From NCBI GenBank assembly GCA_963766075.1, contig CAVYAN010000101.1, forward strand, positions 11,131 through 75,130: 64,000 bases of DNA. Reading direction: 5' to 3'. The DNA is from an uncultured cyanobacterium (GTDB lineage Bacteria; Cyanobacteriota; Cyanobacteriia; Leptolyngbyales; Leptolyngbyaceae). The position numbers and the translations under genes are program-made. This document shows, piece after piece, positions 20,774 through 31,571 of this stretch (position 1 is the first letter of the stretch; every line of letters starts with the position of its first letter). The notes beneath the pieces were generated by a model, which did not search any database, was not told the DNA's origin, and saw only the letters and a program-made list of their open reading frames with translations.

Positions 20774-22372
20774 TTAACGCCCCAATCGGACGGGAGTTCG
20801 GTTCTGTTTCACGTCGAAGCCTGCGGAGATAATCATAGATTGTCCAGTCATTTCAGCAGGCTGGGGCAATTTCAGAATTTCCAGAATGGTTGGGGCAACG
20901 TCTGCCAAACGTCCGTCGCTCCGCAGAGTGACTTCTGTGCCATGTCCTGGAATCTTTACCCCTTCACCTTCCACCAGGATAAACGGCACAGGGTTGGTCG
21001 TGTGGGCTGTCCAAGGGTTACCTTGCTCGTCCCACATGGTTTCTGCATTGCCGTGATCGGCGGTAATTAAAGTGGTCCCACCGACCCGCGTAATGGCGGC
21101 CAGCAGCCGACCCAGGGCGTGATCGACGGTTTGGAGCGCTTGGATTGTCGCGTCCATCTTCCCCGTGTGCCCGACCATGTCGGGGTTGGCGTAGTTGATC
21201 ACGATGAGTGAATAAATGCGCTTGTTGAGACCCGCAATCGCCACATCCGTAACCGCCTCCGCTGACATAGCGGGAGCCTTGTCGTAGGTGGCCACCATGG
21301 GACTGGAGACCAGTTCCCGATCCTCTCCCGGCAAGGGATCCTCAATGCCGCCGTTGAAGAAATACGTGACATGGGCATACTTTTCGGTTTCGGCGGTGCG
21401 GAGTTGCTTCAAGCCGTGATTGGCAATCACTTCGCCCAGAATGTTGTTCAGGTTTTGGGGCTCAAAAGCCACGTCCACCGTCAGGGACGCATCATATTGG
21501 GTAAACGTGACAAAGGACAGGGGCGTAATCTGTGTCCGTTCAAAGCCGTTGAAGTCGGGATCAATAAACGCTTGGGTCAGTTCGCGGGCGCGATCGGGAC
21601 GGAAGTTAAAGAACACCACACCATCATTGGGGGCCACGGCTCCTGGCGCAACACGGGTCGGCAGCACAAACTCATCGTTTAATTCAGCCGTATAAGAATC
21701 TTGCAGGATTTCGAGAGCAGAGCGGCCATCCCCGGGACCATCGGTTGTGATCACTTCATAGGCTTTGTGGACGCGATCCCAGCGGTGATCCCGATCCATG
21801 GCGTAGTAGCGTCCGCTAATAGTGGCAATTCGGCCAACGCCAACCTTGACGATGTAATCCTCAATTTGTTGGATATAGTTTTTCCCGGAAGCAGGGGCGG
21901 TGTCGCGTCCATCCGTAATGGCGTGAATGCAAACGTCGTCTAGGTGCTGATCTCTCGCCATGTCCAATAAACCAAAGAGATGCAGCAGATGGGAATGAAC
22001 TCCCCCATCCGAGCAGAGCCCTACGAGGTGGAGCTTGCCCCCTTGCCGCTTGACGGTCTGGTACAACTTCACCAAGGCAGAATTACTAAGCAGGGTGCCA
22101 TCTTCTACCGCATCGGAAATGCGCACCAACTCTTGGGGCACAACCCGTCCTGCACCCAGATTCAGGTGCCCAACTTCGGAATTGCCCATCTGGCCGTCGG
22201 GCAAGCCTACGTCTTTACCAGAGGTATGAATCAAAGTGTGAGGATAGGCAGCCCAGAGGCTATCGATGACGGGGGTACTGGCCGCAGAAACCGCATTGCC
22301 ATCGGTTTCTGCGCGGTAGCCCCAGCCGTCTAAAATGACCAACACTACGGGAGAGACGGGCGCTTGCGCCAT
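20774..22372 (-). CDS. gpmI: 2,3-bisphosphoglycerate-independent phosphoglycerate mutase
   Basis: LVILDGWG, QMGNSEVGH, GRYYAMDRD, AETEKYAHVT, NPDMVGHTG, TADHGNAE. ATG at 22372. Confidence 0.97.
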   Translation of the reverse strand: MAQAPVSPVVLVILDGWGYRAETDGNAVSAASTPVIDSLWAAYPHTLIHTSGKDVGLPDGQMGNSEVGHLNLGAGRVVPQELVRISDAVEDGTLLSNSALVKLYQTVKRQGGKLHLVGLCSDGGVHSHLLHLFGLLDMARDQHLDDVCIHAITDGRDTAPASGKNYIQQIEDYIVKVGVGRIATISGRYYAMDRDHRWDRVHKAYEVITTDGPGDGRSALEILQDSYTAELNDEFVLPTRVAPGAVAPNDGVVFFNFRPDRARELTQAFIDPDFNGFERTQITPLSFVTFTQYDASLTVDVAFEPQNLNNILGEVIANHGLKQLRTAETEKYAHVTYFFNGGIEDPLPGEDRELVSSPMVATYDKAPAMSAEAVTDVAIAGLNKRIYSLIVINYANPDMVGHTGKMDATIQALQTVDHALGRLLAAITRVGGTTLITADHGNAETMWDEQGNPWTAHTTNPVPFILVEGEGVKIPGHGTEVTLRSDGRLADVAPTILEILKLPQPAEMTGQSMIISAGFDVKQNRTPVRLGR

Positions 22373-22794
22373 AGGTAAACTCACTTCGTTGAATGAATCT
22401 TCGGCAAATAATACCATTTCCTCCCGTTCTCTTGGGTTGCAAGAGGATACGGGAAGCCGGACTTTTAAGAAGGGAAAAGTCAAATGTATAGGCTGAAACC
22501 TTGACGCAGCGTAGAATTTGCCGCACGGAAATCAGCAGAAAAGTCTTAAAAAGTTGTTGATGATAAAGGTTTTGGCATTGGCTCCGGAAAATATTTCAGC
22601 GGGATTCAATGTATCAAATCCGCAGATTATTTTTTTGAAAAAACCAATTTTTACTGTCTGCTATTTGTTTCAAACTTTAGCGGTTATCTTTAACCGACTT
22701 GCAAAACCGGGGATATCTTTTAAGTATTCGTCAGTATTCGCTTAAGGAGATTTTTGTTAAACAACCTACTGCTGGCTACCCTGCGGCTAATGGA

Positions 22795-23014
22795 CTACGG
22801 CTCCACTCAGTTCGGCTCAGGGAACAATCTGGCGCTGGCTCTATTTCTGAAAATCACCTTAGGCAACTTCCAGGAAAAAAATCACCTTAGGCAACTTCCA
22901 GGAAAAATTGAACCGACCCGGATTGCTTCCTGAGCGAAGTCGAAGGGAACAATCTCTCGCTGGCTGCGACTCCGCTCAGCCAGCGGGTCTATATATTTCT
23001 CGCAAATCACCTTA
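22795..23014. repeat. Composite repeat cluster: REP-like hairpins plus a 28-bp tandem duplication
   Basis: CCTGAGCGAAGTCGAAGGG (22929), hairpin CGCTGGCTG-CGACTCCGCT-CAGCCAGCG (22958-22985), AAATCACCTTAGGCAACTTCCAGGAAAA x2 (22851, 22879). Confidence 0.75.
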
Positions 23015-24715
23015 CCGCTTGGCAGTTTTCTTGCTTTTTTCTTTTTCGCGCTTGGCGGCAGCTTTTGCCGCTTTTGCGGCTTCGATGGCTTCTAGCTCCG
23101 CCCGCTGCTTTTCTTCGGCAATTTTGTCTAGATAGTAGTGATAGTCTCCGCGATACAGGATCAGTTCTCCATCGCGGATTTCGACGATTTTGTTGGCGAC
23201 TTGGGAAATAAAGTAGCGATCGTGGGAGACGATGACGACGGTGCCATCGTAGGTTTTAAGGGCATCCTCTAGCATTTCCTTGGCCGGAATGTCAAGGTGA
23301 TTGGTGGGCTCGTCCAGGATTAGCAAGTTGGCAGGGCGCAGGAGCATTTTGGCTAGGGCTAAGCGTGCTTTTTCCCCCCGCTGAGAGAGCCGACTTTTTT
23401 ATAAACGGTGTCGCCAGTAAACAGAAATCGGCCCAGCAAGGTGCGGACTTCTTCGTTGGTCCATTGGGGCACTTCATCATGAATGGTTTCCATGACGGTT
23501 TTGCCGAGGTCGAGGGCTTCGGCTTGGTTTTGCTCGAAGTAGCCGGGAAGCACGTTGTGATCTCCCAGTTTAATCGTGCCTTCGGTGGGCTGTTCCATGC
23601 CCATCAGCAGAGTGTAAGAGGGTGGATTTGCCTGCGCCATTGGGACCCAAAAAAGCAATGCGATCGCCCCGTTCAATCAGCAAATTTGCGCCGAGGAAAA
23701 GAATTTTATCGCCGTAGGAATGGGTTAAATCCCGCACTTCGATCACTTCTCGACCACTGCGGGGAGCGGGGGGAAAGCGAAAGTGCAGGGTGCGGACGCC
23801 GCCATCGGGGGCTTCGATGCGATCGATTTTGTCGAGTTGTTTTTCGCGGCTCTTAGCTTGGGTGCTGCGGGTGGCACTGGCGCGGAAGCGATCGACAAAG
23901 GCTTGTTGCTTGTCAATTTCCTTTTGTTGGCGTTCGTAGGCACTCAGTTGGGCCAGCTTATTCTCTTCTTTTTGTTGGAGGTAGGAGGAATAGTTACCCA
24001 GGTAGGTGGCGGATACGCCCCGCTCGGTCTCGACGATTTGGGTGCAGAGACGGTCTAGGAATTCCCGGTCATGGGAGACGATGACCATGGGGGTGGAGAG
24101 CCCCTTCAAATAGTTTTCGAGCCACTCGATGGTTTCGAGGTCCAAGTGGTTCGTCGGCTCGTCCAAGAGAAGAATGTCGGGTTTTTGGAGCAGGATTTTG
24201 CCTAAACTCATGCGCATTTGCCAGCCGCCGCTAAAGGCGCTGACGAGGCGATCGCCGTCATCCAGGGCAAATCCCAACTCCGGCATGATTTTCTCAATCT
24301 TGGATTCTAGGCCATAGCCATCAAGTCCTTCAAATTGGCGTTGCAGGCGGTCCATGTCATGGATTAGCTTATCCAGAGCGACGGGATCGGCGGTTTCCAT
24401 GGCCCGATGTACTTCTGAAAGCGCATTATGGACATCGTTGGCCTGCTCAAAGGCGCGCCAGAATTCTTCCTTAACCGTGCGGGTGGGATCGACCTCAAAT
24501 TCTTGGGTGAGGTAGGCGATGTGCAAACTGGCGGGCCGAATCACTTCGCCAGTGGTGGGTTCCATTTCCCCCGCGATGATTTTCAACTGGGTGGATTTTC
24601 CGGCACCGTTGACACCTACGAGTCCGATGCGATCGCCGGGTTTGACTTCCCAGTTGACATCTTTAAGGACTTCTCCGGTGGGATAAATTTTGCTGACGTG
24701 TTCGAGGCGAAGCAT
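23012..24715 (-). CDS. ABC-F family ATPase, two apparent frameshifts (~23612 and 23374-23379)
   Basis: [14 protein letters not shown]; two ABC domains ([46 protein letters not shown]) spread over three frames; no TM segments. Confidence 0.9.
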
Positions 24716-25039
24716 GGGGAAAGGGGATAGGTAGGGGTGAGGAATGAACGGGAGAGTGGGCAGTGTGGCGTGTGGAGTGCTGAGCGCTCGCTGCGGCTTG
24801 GCGCTGTGTTGACCTCGACCCCCGAACCGATTGCCCATGGCCCGCTGCCGATAAAGACTCGGTTTGAGGGCCGAGTAATTTATGACAAACTGCAAAGACT
24901 GTAACAAAAATTCATGCCGAATGGTGAAAAATTCTTGGGCGATGGCGATATTGCCGCAGGGACAGGGGCACGCCAAGGGAATTAGAATTAGAGAGGAATT
25001 AGATTTAGAGACACTATTAACTGCTCTGAGGCTGTCCTT

Positions 25040-25885
25040 ATGGTTATTGCCCCAAGCTCGGAGGCGTTTCGAGAACCCTTTAGTGACGAGCCGGAATTGG
25101 AACATTCTTTGCATCTGACTCAAATCGTTCTGCTCTTGACCTGTTTGGAATGGTGGTGGCAGGATCGGCAGGATTTTTTTGCGGCGGGGAATCTGAGTAT
25201 TTATTTCCGCCCGGAGCAGTTGGAAAAAAATACCTTTGTGGGGCCTGATTTTTTCGTGGTGCTGGAGACCCAGCGGCGGCAACGGGGCAGTTGGATGGTG
25301 TCCCTGGAGGGGGGCAAGTTTCCCAATTTGATTGTTGAGGTGCTGTCGCCGAAGACGGCCCGGGGCGATCGCACCACCAAAAAACAGATTTATCAGGATG
25401 TTTTCCAGACACCCGAATATTTTTGGTTTAATCCCCATACCAAACGGCGGGAATTCAAGGGTTTTCGGCTGCGCGCCGGGGTTTACGAAGAACTTCTGCC
25501 AACTGATCAAGGTTGGCTTTGGAGTGAGGAATTGCAGCTCTATCTGGGCGTGACCGATGGATTTTTGCGCTATTTCACTCCCGAGGGTGTGATGGTGCCA
25601 AACTTTCAAGAAGAAACATCGCGCCAAGGGCAAATCATCGCGGCAATCCAGGCGCGGCTGGATACAACCGAGCGGCGATTAGCGTGGGAAACCCGCCGTT
25701 GGCAGCAGGAAAGCCTGCGGGCTGAGCAAGAAAGTCTGCGGGCTGAGCAAGAAAGCCTGCGGGCTGAGCAAGAAAGTCTGCGGGCTGAGCAGGAGAGCCA
25801 CCGGGCCGAGCAGGAAAGCCTGCGGGCGGAGCGCTTAGCAGCACAATTGCGGTCTTTAGGCGTTAATCCCGATGCCCTGGAATGA
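25040..25885 (+). CDS. Uma2 (DUF820) family endonuclease-like protein with coiled-coil tail
   Basis: SDEPELE, GPDFFVV, PNLIVEVLS, TPEYFWFNP, ending ERLAAQLRSLGVNPD. Confidence 0.92.
   Translation: MVIAPSSEAFREPFSDEPELEHSLHLTQIVLLLTCLEWWWQDRQDFFAAGNLSIYFRPEQLEKNTFVGPDFFVVLETQRRQRGSWMVSLEGGKFPNLIVEVLSPKTARGDRTTKKQIYQDVFQTPEYFWFNPHTKRREFKGFRLRAGVYEELLPTDQGWLWSEELQLYLGVTDGFLRYFTPEGVMVPNFQEETSRQGQIIAAIQARLDTTERRLAWETRRWQQESLRAEQESLRAEQESLRAEQESLRAEQESHRAEQESLRAERLAAQLRSLGVNPDALE
25706..25831 (+). repeat. Coding 21-bp tandem repeat x6 (QESLRAE heptads)
   Basis: Six consecutive CARGAAAGYCTGCGGGCTGAG-like units. Confidence 0.95.
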
Positions 25886-25929
25886 TTAATTGCCATACTG
25901 CCCAATGCTTCCGTCGAATGGGGGTGCGA

Positions 25930-28900
25930 TTAATCTTGCTCCACGGCACCTAGGGTTTGCAGAGTCATCTTTTGAGCGTTGGTTAGGCCGGTGACCCCAG
26001 CAATATTCATGCCTTGGTAAGGACGTGGCCCTTTGAGGATGTTCAGACATTTTCCGGTGAGCAGATCCCAGACACGAATGGTTTCGTCTTCGCTACCGCT
26101 GAGCAGGATGGGAGTACGGGAGGGGGGTGCCGGGGACTGGGCAAGTTGTAGAAAAGGGGGAATTTGGGCATCTGGGATGGGGAGGCGCGCTATCTCGTTG
26201 GTCGCGATCGCCCATACACAATTACTGTGTCCTTGGAGGGTGTTGAGGCATTCGCCCGTGGCTGGGTGCCAAATTTTGATGCTAGTGTCTTTGCTGCCGC
26301 TGATGAGTTGGGTGCCGTCTGGGGAAAAGGCGAGACATTGCACGCGATCGCTATGTCCACGCAGAATCTGGCGACAGGGAAGCACACTTAAAACACTTAA
26401 ATCAGCTAAATCGGCGGCCAAATCCCACAGGCGCAGGGTCTGGTCTTCTCCACCGGTGGCCAGCGATCGCCCATCGGGACTAAAGCGAGCGGCCCAGACC
26501 CTTCCACTGTGCCCGCGTAGCACCGTTGAGCATTCTCCAGTTTCTAGGTTCCACAGGCGGATGGTCTGATCCTCGCCCGTGCTGGCCAGTAGAGGTGCAG
26601 TGGGGTGATAGGCCAGGGACCAAATACGGCCCTCGTGGCCCCGTAGGCTGTGTCGGCATTCTCCCGTGGCTACGTCCCACAGGTGAATCACTTGATCGAA
26701 GCCACTGCTGGCCAAGGTGGTGCCATTTGGGCTGAATTGCACGTCCATAATCCAATTGGTATGGCCCCGCAGCACGCGCAATCCGCTTCCCGTTTGGGGA
26801 TCCCATAGACGAATGCTTTGGTCTAGACTGCCGCTGGCAAGGAGACTGCCGTCAGGACTGAAGGCCACGGCGGGGATCCAATTGGTGTGTCCCGTTAGGG
26901 TGCGCAGGCATTGTCCGTTGGTGATGTCCCAGAGTTTGACGGTGTGATCGGCGCTGCCACTGGCGGCGATTAGAGTAGGCGCAGGTGGCGCAGGCGGCAC
27001 GAGATCAGAGACAGGCGGCGGGGCGAGATTTCCTTGAGGCTGGAGGGCGATCGCCCAAATGGCATCGCTGTAGCCTTGCAGGGTGGTTAAACATTCGCCG
27101 GATTTGAGATCCCAGAGTTTGACTCGCTGATTCATACTGCCGCTCACCAAGCGGTGGGGAGGGGCGCAGGCTACGGACCAAATGGACCCTTGATGGCCGG
27201 GGAGCACTTTCAGGCATTCGCCGGTGTGGCTGTCCCAAATTCGCAGGGTTTCGTCTTCACTGCCGCTGACGATGCGGCTACCGTCGGGACTGTAGGCCAC
27301 AGCACGAATGTGGTTGGTGTGTCCCTCTAGCGTGTGCACACAGGTAGCAGTGGTGAGGTCCCAGAGCTTGAGGGCGGCGGCACCCCCTGTAGCCAAGCGA
27401 GAACTGTAGGGGTGAGTGGCGATCGCCCAGACACCCCCACTGTCGGCAGCCAAGGTCTGCAAGCATGGACCGTTATGCTGAGTACCTGGGTTTAGGGCAT
27501 CTGGGTTTAGGGCATCTGGGTTTAGAGTCTCTGGGTTTAGGACATTCCAGAACTTAATGGTGTCATCAGCACTGACACTGACCAAGACAGTCGATGATGG
27601 AAGGGTCCCTGACTCCTGAGCGGAATGCTCTTGGTTGGGGGTATGGCGATCGTGGCCGATGACATTGTGGCCGACGACATTGTGGCCAATGACAGAGTTG
27701 GGCGGTAGGGTGACAAAGGCGAGCGATCGCACCCAGTCTGTATGTCCTACCCAAGTCCGGAGGCATTGCCCGCTGCGCGGATTCCAGAGCTTGATTGTAC
27801 CGTCAGAACTGCCGCTGGCTAGAAGACCGTCTGGATAGTCAGGCAGCACAGCGATCGCCAGGGAGAGCACCCAGTCCCCATGCCCTGACAACGTGCGTAG
27901 GCATTGTCCACTGTGGGCATCCCAGAGTTTGATCCTGTGGTCGGTACTGCCACTAGCAAACCAGGTGCCCTGGGGATGAAAACAGAGGGCGGGAATCCAG
28001 TTGGTGTGGCCGCTACAGGTCAACAGCTTTTTGCCGTCGGTGGCTTGCCAGAGGTGAATTTGGTGGCGGGCATCGCTGGCGGCAAACTGCTGCCCATCTG
28101 GGCTAAAGGCAACGGACCAGACGTTGCCCAGGGTTTCGGTAAAGACGGACTGGCTCAGATCGCAGTGGCGAAAGTTGACCTGATGCAGGCGGACATCGGG
28201 CAGGTAGGCTTGCCAAACCGCCAGGTTAGAAAAGTCGTAGCCCGTAAGGTCCACGTCCAGATGATGGAGCAAATTGAGGATGTTGCCCGCCGCGTAGCTG
28301 GGGGCTTGGGCAAATTCGACTTGCAATTGGTGCAGGATCCGATTGAGCTGGAAGATGACTTGCTTGGGGGAATGGAGCAGGGTGATCAGGCGATCGCACA
28401 CGCTCTGGACAATCAATCGGGTCTGGCTTTCACGGATGTAGCTTTTGGCTTGGGCCTTCATCAGGGCGTGCCGAATCAATAAATTGGGTTGTCCCGCACA
28501 AATTTCCTGGCAGACTTGTTCAATGAATTGCTCGGTCAGATATTCCATGACAACGGGCTGGAGGGTGAAGCCGGTGGCGCTGGTTTCGATGAAAAAGCGC
28601 CTTGCTAGAGATTTGAGGGCTTCGGGTGCTCGCCGCTTGGCGATGGCAGACAGCAGATCCTCCTGCAACTGATTGAGGGATACCAAATCCCGATTAATCG
28701 TCAGCCAGTACAGAATTTCTTGTTCATCTGCCGACACGGTGGCAAATTGCCGACTGACAAACTGATGAATATCTTCAAAAATGACACTGCCGGATTGCAA
28801 TAGCGCCGTGAATCGGGGAATGTTGCTATTGAATAAATCCTTGATGGTGGACGCCACGAACTTGAGGGCTAGGGGATTGCCAACATAGTGGCGGGTGAGG

Positions 28901-29826
28901 GTTTGCCATTCCTCCTCCGTGGCCGAAAAGTTACCGCGCAATCGAAAGATTTGCTGCCCTTCGACATGGCTAAGACCCTTCACAGGCAGCGATCGCACGG
29001 GTGTTATTGCCCCTTCTTGAATATCCATTTCCCGTGGTTTTTCCCGACTGGTGAGGAGCAGGCAACTCTGGTGGGGCACTTGGCCCACACGCAAAAACAG
29101 ATCGCCATAGTTTTCGTATCCGGGGCGATAATGACCGGCGTGGTGGGCGGTTTCCGCATCCTGAAAAATCGGTTCAGCATTATCTAAAATGATCAGGCAG
29201 CGGCGATCGCGCAATCGCTGAATCAACTCTGAAAGCTGTTCGTGGGGATCCGTGGGAATGGCTGTTTCTTCATGACTTTGCAGAAACTTGAGCAAACTCA
29301 CCAGTAAATCTGTTAGAGGGGGGGCGTTGCGCAGCGATCGCCACACCAAACAGTCAAAATCCCCTTGCACTTGCTGGGCCAGTTTCACCGACAGCGAGGT
29401 TTTGCCGATGCCCCCCATGCCTAGCAGGGCCACTAATCGGCAGCGATCGACCACCAGCCACTGTGCCAGGGTTTCCAGTTCCATCCTCCGGCCAAAGAAC
29501 GTGGAAACATCGATGGCCTCTCCCCAGTCCTGCTGCTTGACGGCCTGCGGCACCACCGGTCGGGGGGGCGCATGATATCGCATCCACCGTTCCAGTACTG
29601 TTTTGACATTTTGTTTGGTAATGCCTTCGCCAAACGTTTCGGATAGCAGTTTCCATAGCTCTGCCCCCACGGAGCGTACATACTCTGTGGTGTAGTTCAG
29701 TTCTTCGGCAATTTGGGGATAGGTTAAGCCCTGCCATGACTGCCGAAAAACTTGATCCTGCGTGTTATTGAGCGGTCGGTCCTGCAGAACCGTATCGAGT
29801 AGATCCAGCGCTTCAGCGATCGTCAT
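25930..29826 (-). CDS. NB-ARC/STAND ATPase with N-terminal HTH-like domain and C-terminal WD40 repeats
   Basis: DWGEAIDV, GMGGIGKT, LIILDNAE, GNPLAL, many GH...WD repeats, ending RPYQGMNIAGVTGLT. ATG at 29826. Confidence 0.92.
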   Translation of the reverse strand: MTIAEALDLLDTVLQDRPLNNTQDQVFRQSWQGLTYPQIAEELNYTTEYVRSVGAELWKLLSETFGEGITKQNVKTVLERWMRYHAPPRPVVPQAVKQQDWGEAIDVSTFFGRRMELETLAQWLVVDRCRLVALLGMGGIGKTSLSVKLAQQVQGDFDCLVWRSLRNAPPLTDLLVSLLKFLQSHEETAIPTDPHEQLSELIQRLRDRRCLIILDNAEPIFQDAETAHHAGHYRPGYENYGDLFLRVGQVPHQSCLLLTSREKPREMDIQEGAITPVRSLPVKGLSHVEGQQIFRLRGNFSATEEEWQTLTRHYVGNPLALKFVASTIKDLFNSNIPRFTALLQSGSVIFEDIHQFVSRQFATVSADEQEILYWLTINRDLVSLNQLQEDLLSAIAKRRAPEALKSLARRFFIETSATGFTLQPVVMEYLTEQFIEQVCQEICAGQPNLLIRHALMKAQAKSYIRESQTRLIVQSVCDRLITLLHSPKQVIFQLNRILHQLQVEFAQAPSYAAGNILNLLHHLDVDLTGYDFSNLAVWQAYLPDVRLHQVNFRHCDLSQSVFTETLGNVWSVAFSPDGQQFAASDARHQIHLWQATDGKKLLTCSGHTNWIPALCFHPQGTWFASGSTDHRIKLWDAHSGQCLRTLSGHGDWVLSLAIAVLPDYPDGLLASGSSDGTIKLWNPRSGQCLRTWVGHTDWVRSLAFVTLPPNSVIGHNVVGHNVIGHDRHTPNQEHSAQESGTLPSSTVLVSVSADDTIKFWNVLNPETLNPDALNPDALNPGTQHNGPCLQTLAADSGGVWAIATHPYSSRLATGGAAALKLWDLTTATCVHTLEGHTNHIRAVAYSPDGSRIVSGSEDETLRIWDSHTGECLKVLPGHQGSIWSVACAPPHRLVSGSMNQRVKLWDLKSGECLTTLQGYSDAIWAIALQPQGNLAPPPVSDLVPPAPPAPTLIAASGSADHTVKLWDITNGQCLRTLTGHTNWIPAVAFSPDGSLLASGSLDQSIRLWDPQTGSGLRVLRGHTNWIMDVQFSPNGTTLASSGFDQVIHLWDVATGECRHSLRGHEGRIWSLAYHPTAPLLASTGEDQTIRLWNLETGECSTVLRGHSGRVWAARFSPDGRSLATGGEDQTLRLWDLAADLADLSVLSVLPCRQILRGHSDRVQCLAFSPDGTQLISGSKDTSIKIWHPATGECLNTLQGHSNCVWAIATNEIARLPIPDAQIPPFLQLAQSPAPPSRTPILLSGSEDETIRVWDLLTGKCLNILKGPRPYQGMNIAGVTGLTNAQKMTLQTLGAVEQD
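27486..27696 (-). repeat. Two in-frame 15-bp tandem arrays inside the WD40 region
   Basis: CTGGGTTTAGGGCAT-like x4 (27486-27545; LNPDA) and GTGGCCGATGACATT-like x3 (27652-27696; NVIGH). Confidence 0.9.
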
Positions 29827-30121
29827 CCTTGCCAGCACCCTGTGACGATATCGTTTAGTGTACATGGTTGGGGAAGTGCCGGAAAGCTGGCGACGTGCCC
29901 CTCCAGGCACACCGGACGGTAGCGTAGAAGACACCGTAGGCACATGCGAGACTGAAAACAATGGGCGAGCACTGCGGCTACACCCCAGAGCCGCAGTGAT
30001 TTATACCAAGAGCGCCATCAAGCGGGACAATTTGATATTGAAAAGAGTCAGGAGTCAGAATTTCCCCCCTGACTCCTGGCCTCCCGGCTCCTGAATGCCT
30101 TGCCAGCACGGCTGTTCCGAC

Positions 30122-31069
30122 TTAAGTTAATACCCCGATCGCGGAAATGATATAAGGCGAAGGCTCGGGGAGCAGCTTGGAGTACTTCGTGTCGTAGTGG
30201 CGCACTTCCAAGTAATTTAAATTGGCAAAATTTGGCTTGTAAATGCTGAAGTGTTCCATCAAACAAAAGGTGGCAGCGCTTTCCAAAGGTCCAACCATCA
30301 GCGCGGTACCGTTCCACTTCCGATCTAAACTAACCCAGCGTTGCATTTGTGCTTTCGACAAGCAATACATGCCAGAGTGGCAATTGGTGCATTCAGAAAG
30401 TTTCGCACCGTCTAGATCAAAGGTTGATAATTTATCCCAAGCAACTCTTGAATCAATTGTCAGGTCAATATAGCTCTTTCTGCCCTCATACATTTCATAA
30501 CGATTCGGAAACAGCAGCCTATCGTTGCGATCGCCATACTGATTAAACCTAGCAAGTTTGTCTAAAAATCGACTATCTGAGATGACAATGTCATCCTCAA
30601 TAAACATAAACCAGTCATAGTCATTAACCCGGCTAGCGAGCGCCTCTTGAGCCCGATACCCGATGTACATTGGATCCCAATCTGGTTGGTCTTGGACGAT
30701 GACGGCACGGCGTTGATAGTCAGGCAGGTACGCAGCCACACTACGTCCCGGCAGGGTGCTAATCAAAATCGTTAAATCGCAATGCGCAAAACTACACAGT
30801 AAACCCTCAATCGTCTGTTCCAAACGCTGAGTTTTCACCGCTCCACGTGTAGGTGAACTCGCTTCTTCTGAGGAGGTGATATGGGCGATCGCGACGCATA
30901 ACTTGGGACGAGCGGGCGGAAATGGATCAGGTTCCGCAAACACCTCAATGGACCGGGATCGCTGATAGAGCCGCAAGAGCTTTAATTTTTCCGATATTGA
31001 AACAAAAACTCTTAGGGCAACGGCGATACAAAAAGCCGTTGAATTAATCAATTTACTCTTCAGAGACAT
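30122..31069 (-). CDS. Hypothetical protein, possibly glycosyltransferase-like (GT-A fold)
   Basis: 315 aa with YDWFMFIEDDIVI, LLFPNRYE, KSYID, GPLESAAT, LEVRHY. The EDD after a hydrophobic strand resembles a DxD motif. Function is inferred only. Confidence 0.65.
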   Translation of the reverse strand: MSLKSKLINSTAFCIAVALRVFVSISEKLKLLRLYQRSRSIEVFAEPDPFPPARPKLCVAIAHITSSEEASSPTRGAVKTQRLEQTIEGLLCSFAHCDLTILISTLPGRSVAAYLPDYQRRAVIVQDQPDWDPMYIGYRAQEALASRVNDYDWFMFIEDDIVISDSRFLDKLARFNQYGDRNDRLLFPNRYEMYEGRKSYIDLTIDSRVAWDKLSTFDLDGAKLSECTNCHSGMYCLSKAQMQRWVSLDRKWNGTALMVGPLESAATFCLMEHFSIYKPNFANLNYLEVRHYDTKYSKLLPEPSPYIISAIGVLT

Positions 31070-31476
31070 GCTTTACGTCACTCCATAGCTCGCTATAAAT
31101 TTATCGAAATCGAGACTTCATCGAGCACCCTTGGATTCGTTAGTCTACGTATTCTTTATTTCTAGTGCGGCAAGGCAGAAATAACCAGCAGCTTGCCATA
31201 GTAGGTGCTCAGCTCCCGGAAGAGAATTGAGACTAGACTGAGATAATTCAGTGATTTCCAGGAAAGCAGTTTCCTCTAGGAGGGCTAGGTATCCAGAAGA
31301 TGAGGCAGTTGCCTCGGATTATCAGAAATGAGCTAGTAGACTGCGGCTTAAATACGCCAACCATTAGGAAATGGCAGACTGCTGACAGCACAATCGCGAG
31401 CACTACTGAATGATGACAGGTTGATCTCCGCCGTAGAGTACTAGATGGACTGAATCAAATATCAAAGGCGGCTTCC

Positions 31477-31571
31477 GTAGGGGCGAAGCGTTTGGCCATG
31501 CTCTTTGCAGTACTACTAATCTCACTGCCAAAGGCTACAGCCTGCGGCATGGCTACGCCTACCGCCCGTAC
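31477..31571. repeat. REP-like (GTAG-type) imperfect palindrome
   Basis: GTAGGGGCG...CGCCCGTAC termini (8/9 complementary), inner TTTGGC/GCCAAA arms. Confidence 0.6.

Noticed and set aside
24716..25633. 306-aa N-terminal extension of the 687-aa ABC-F ORF
   Set aside because: Largely antisense to the Uma2 gene; the ABC-F sequence starts at MLRLEHV (24715).
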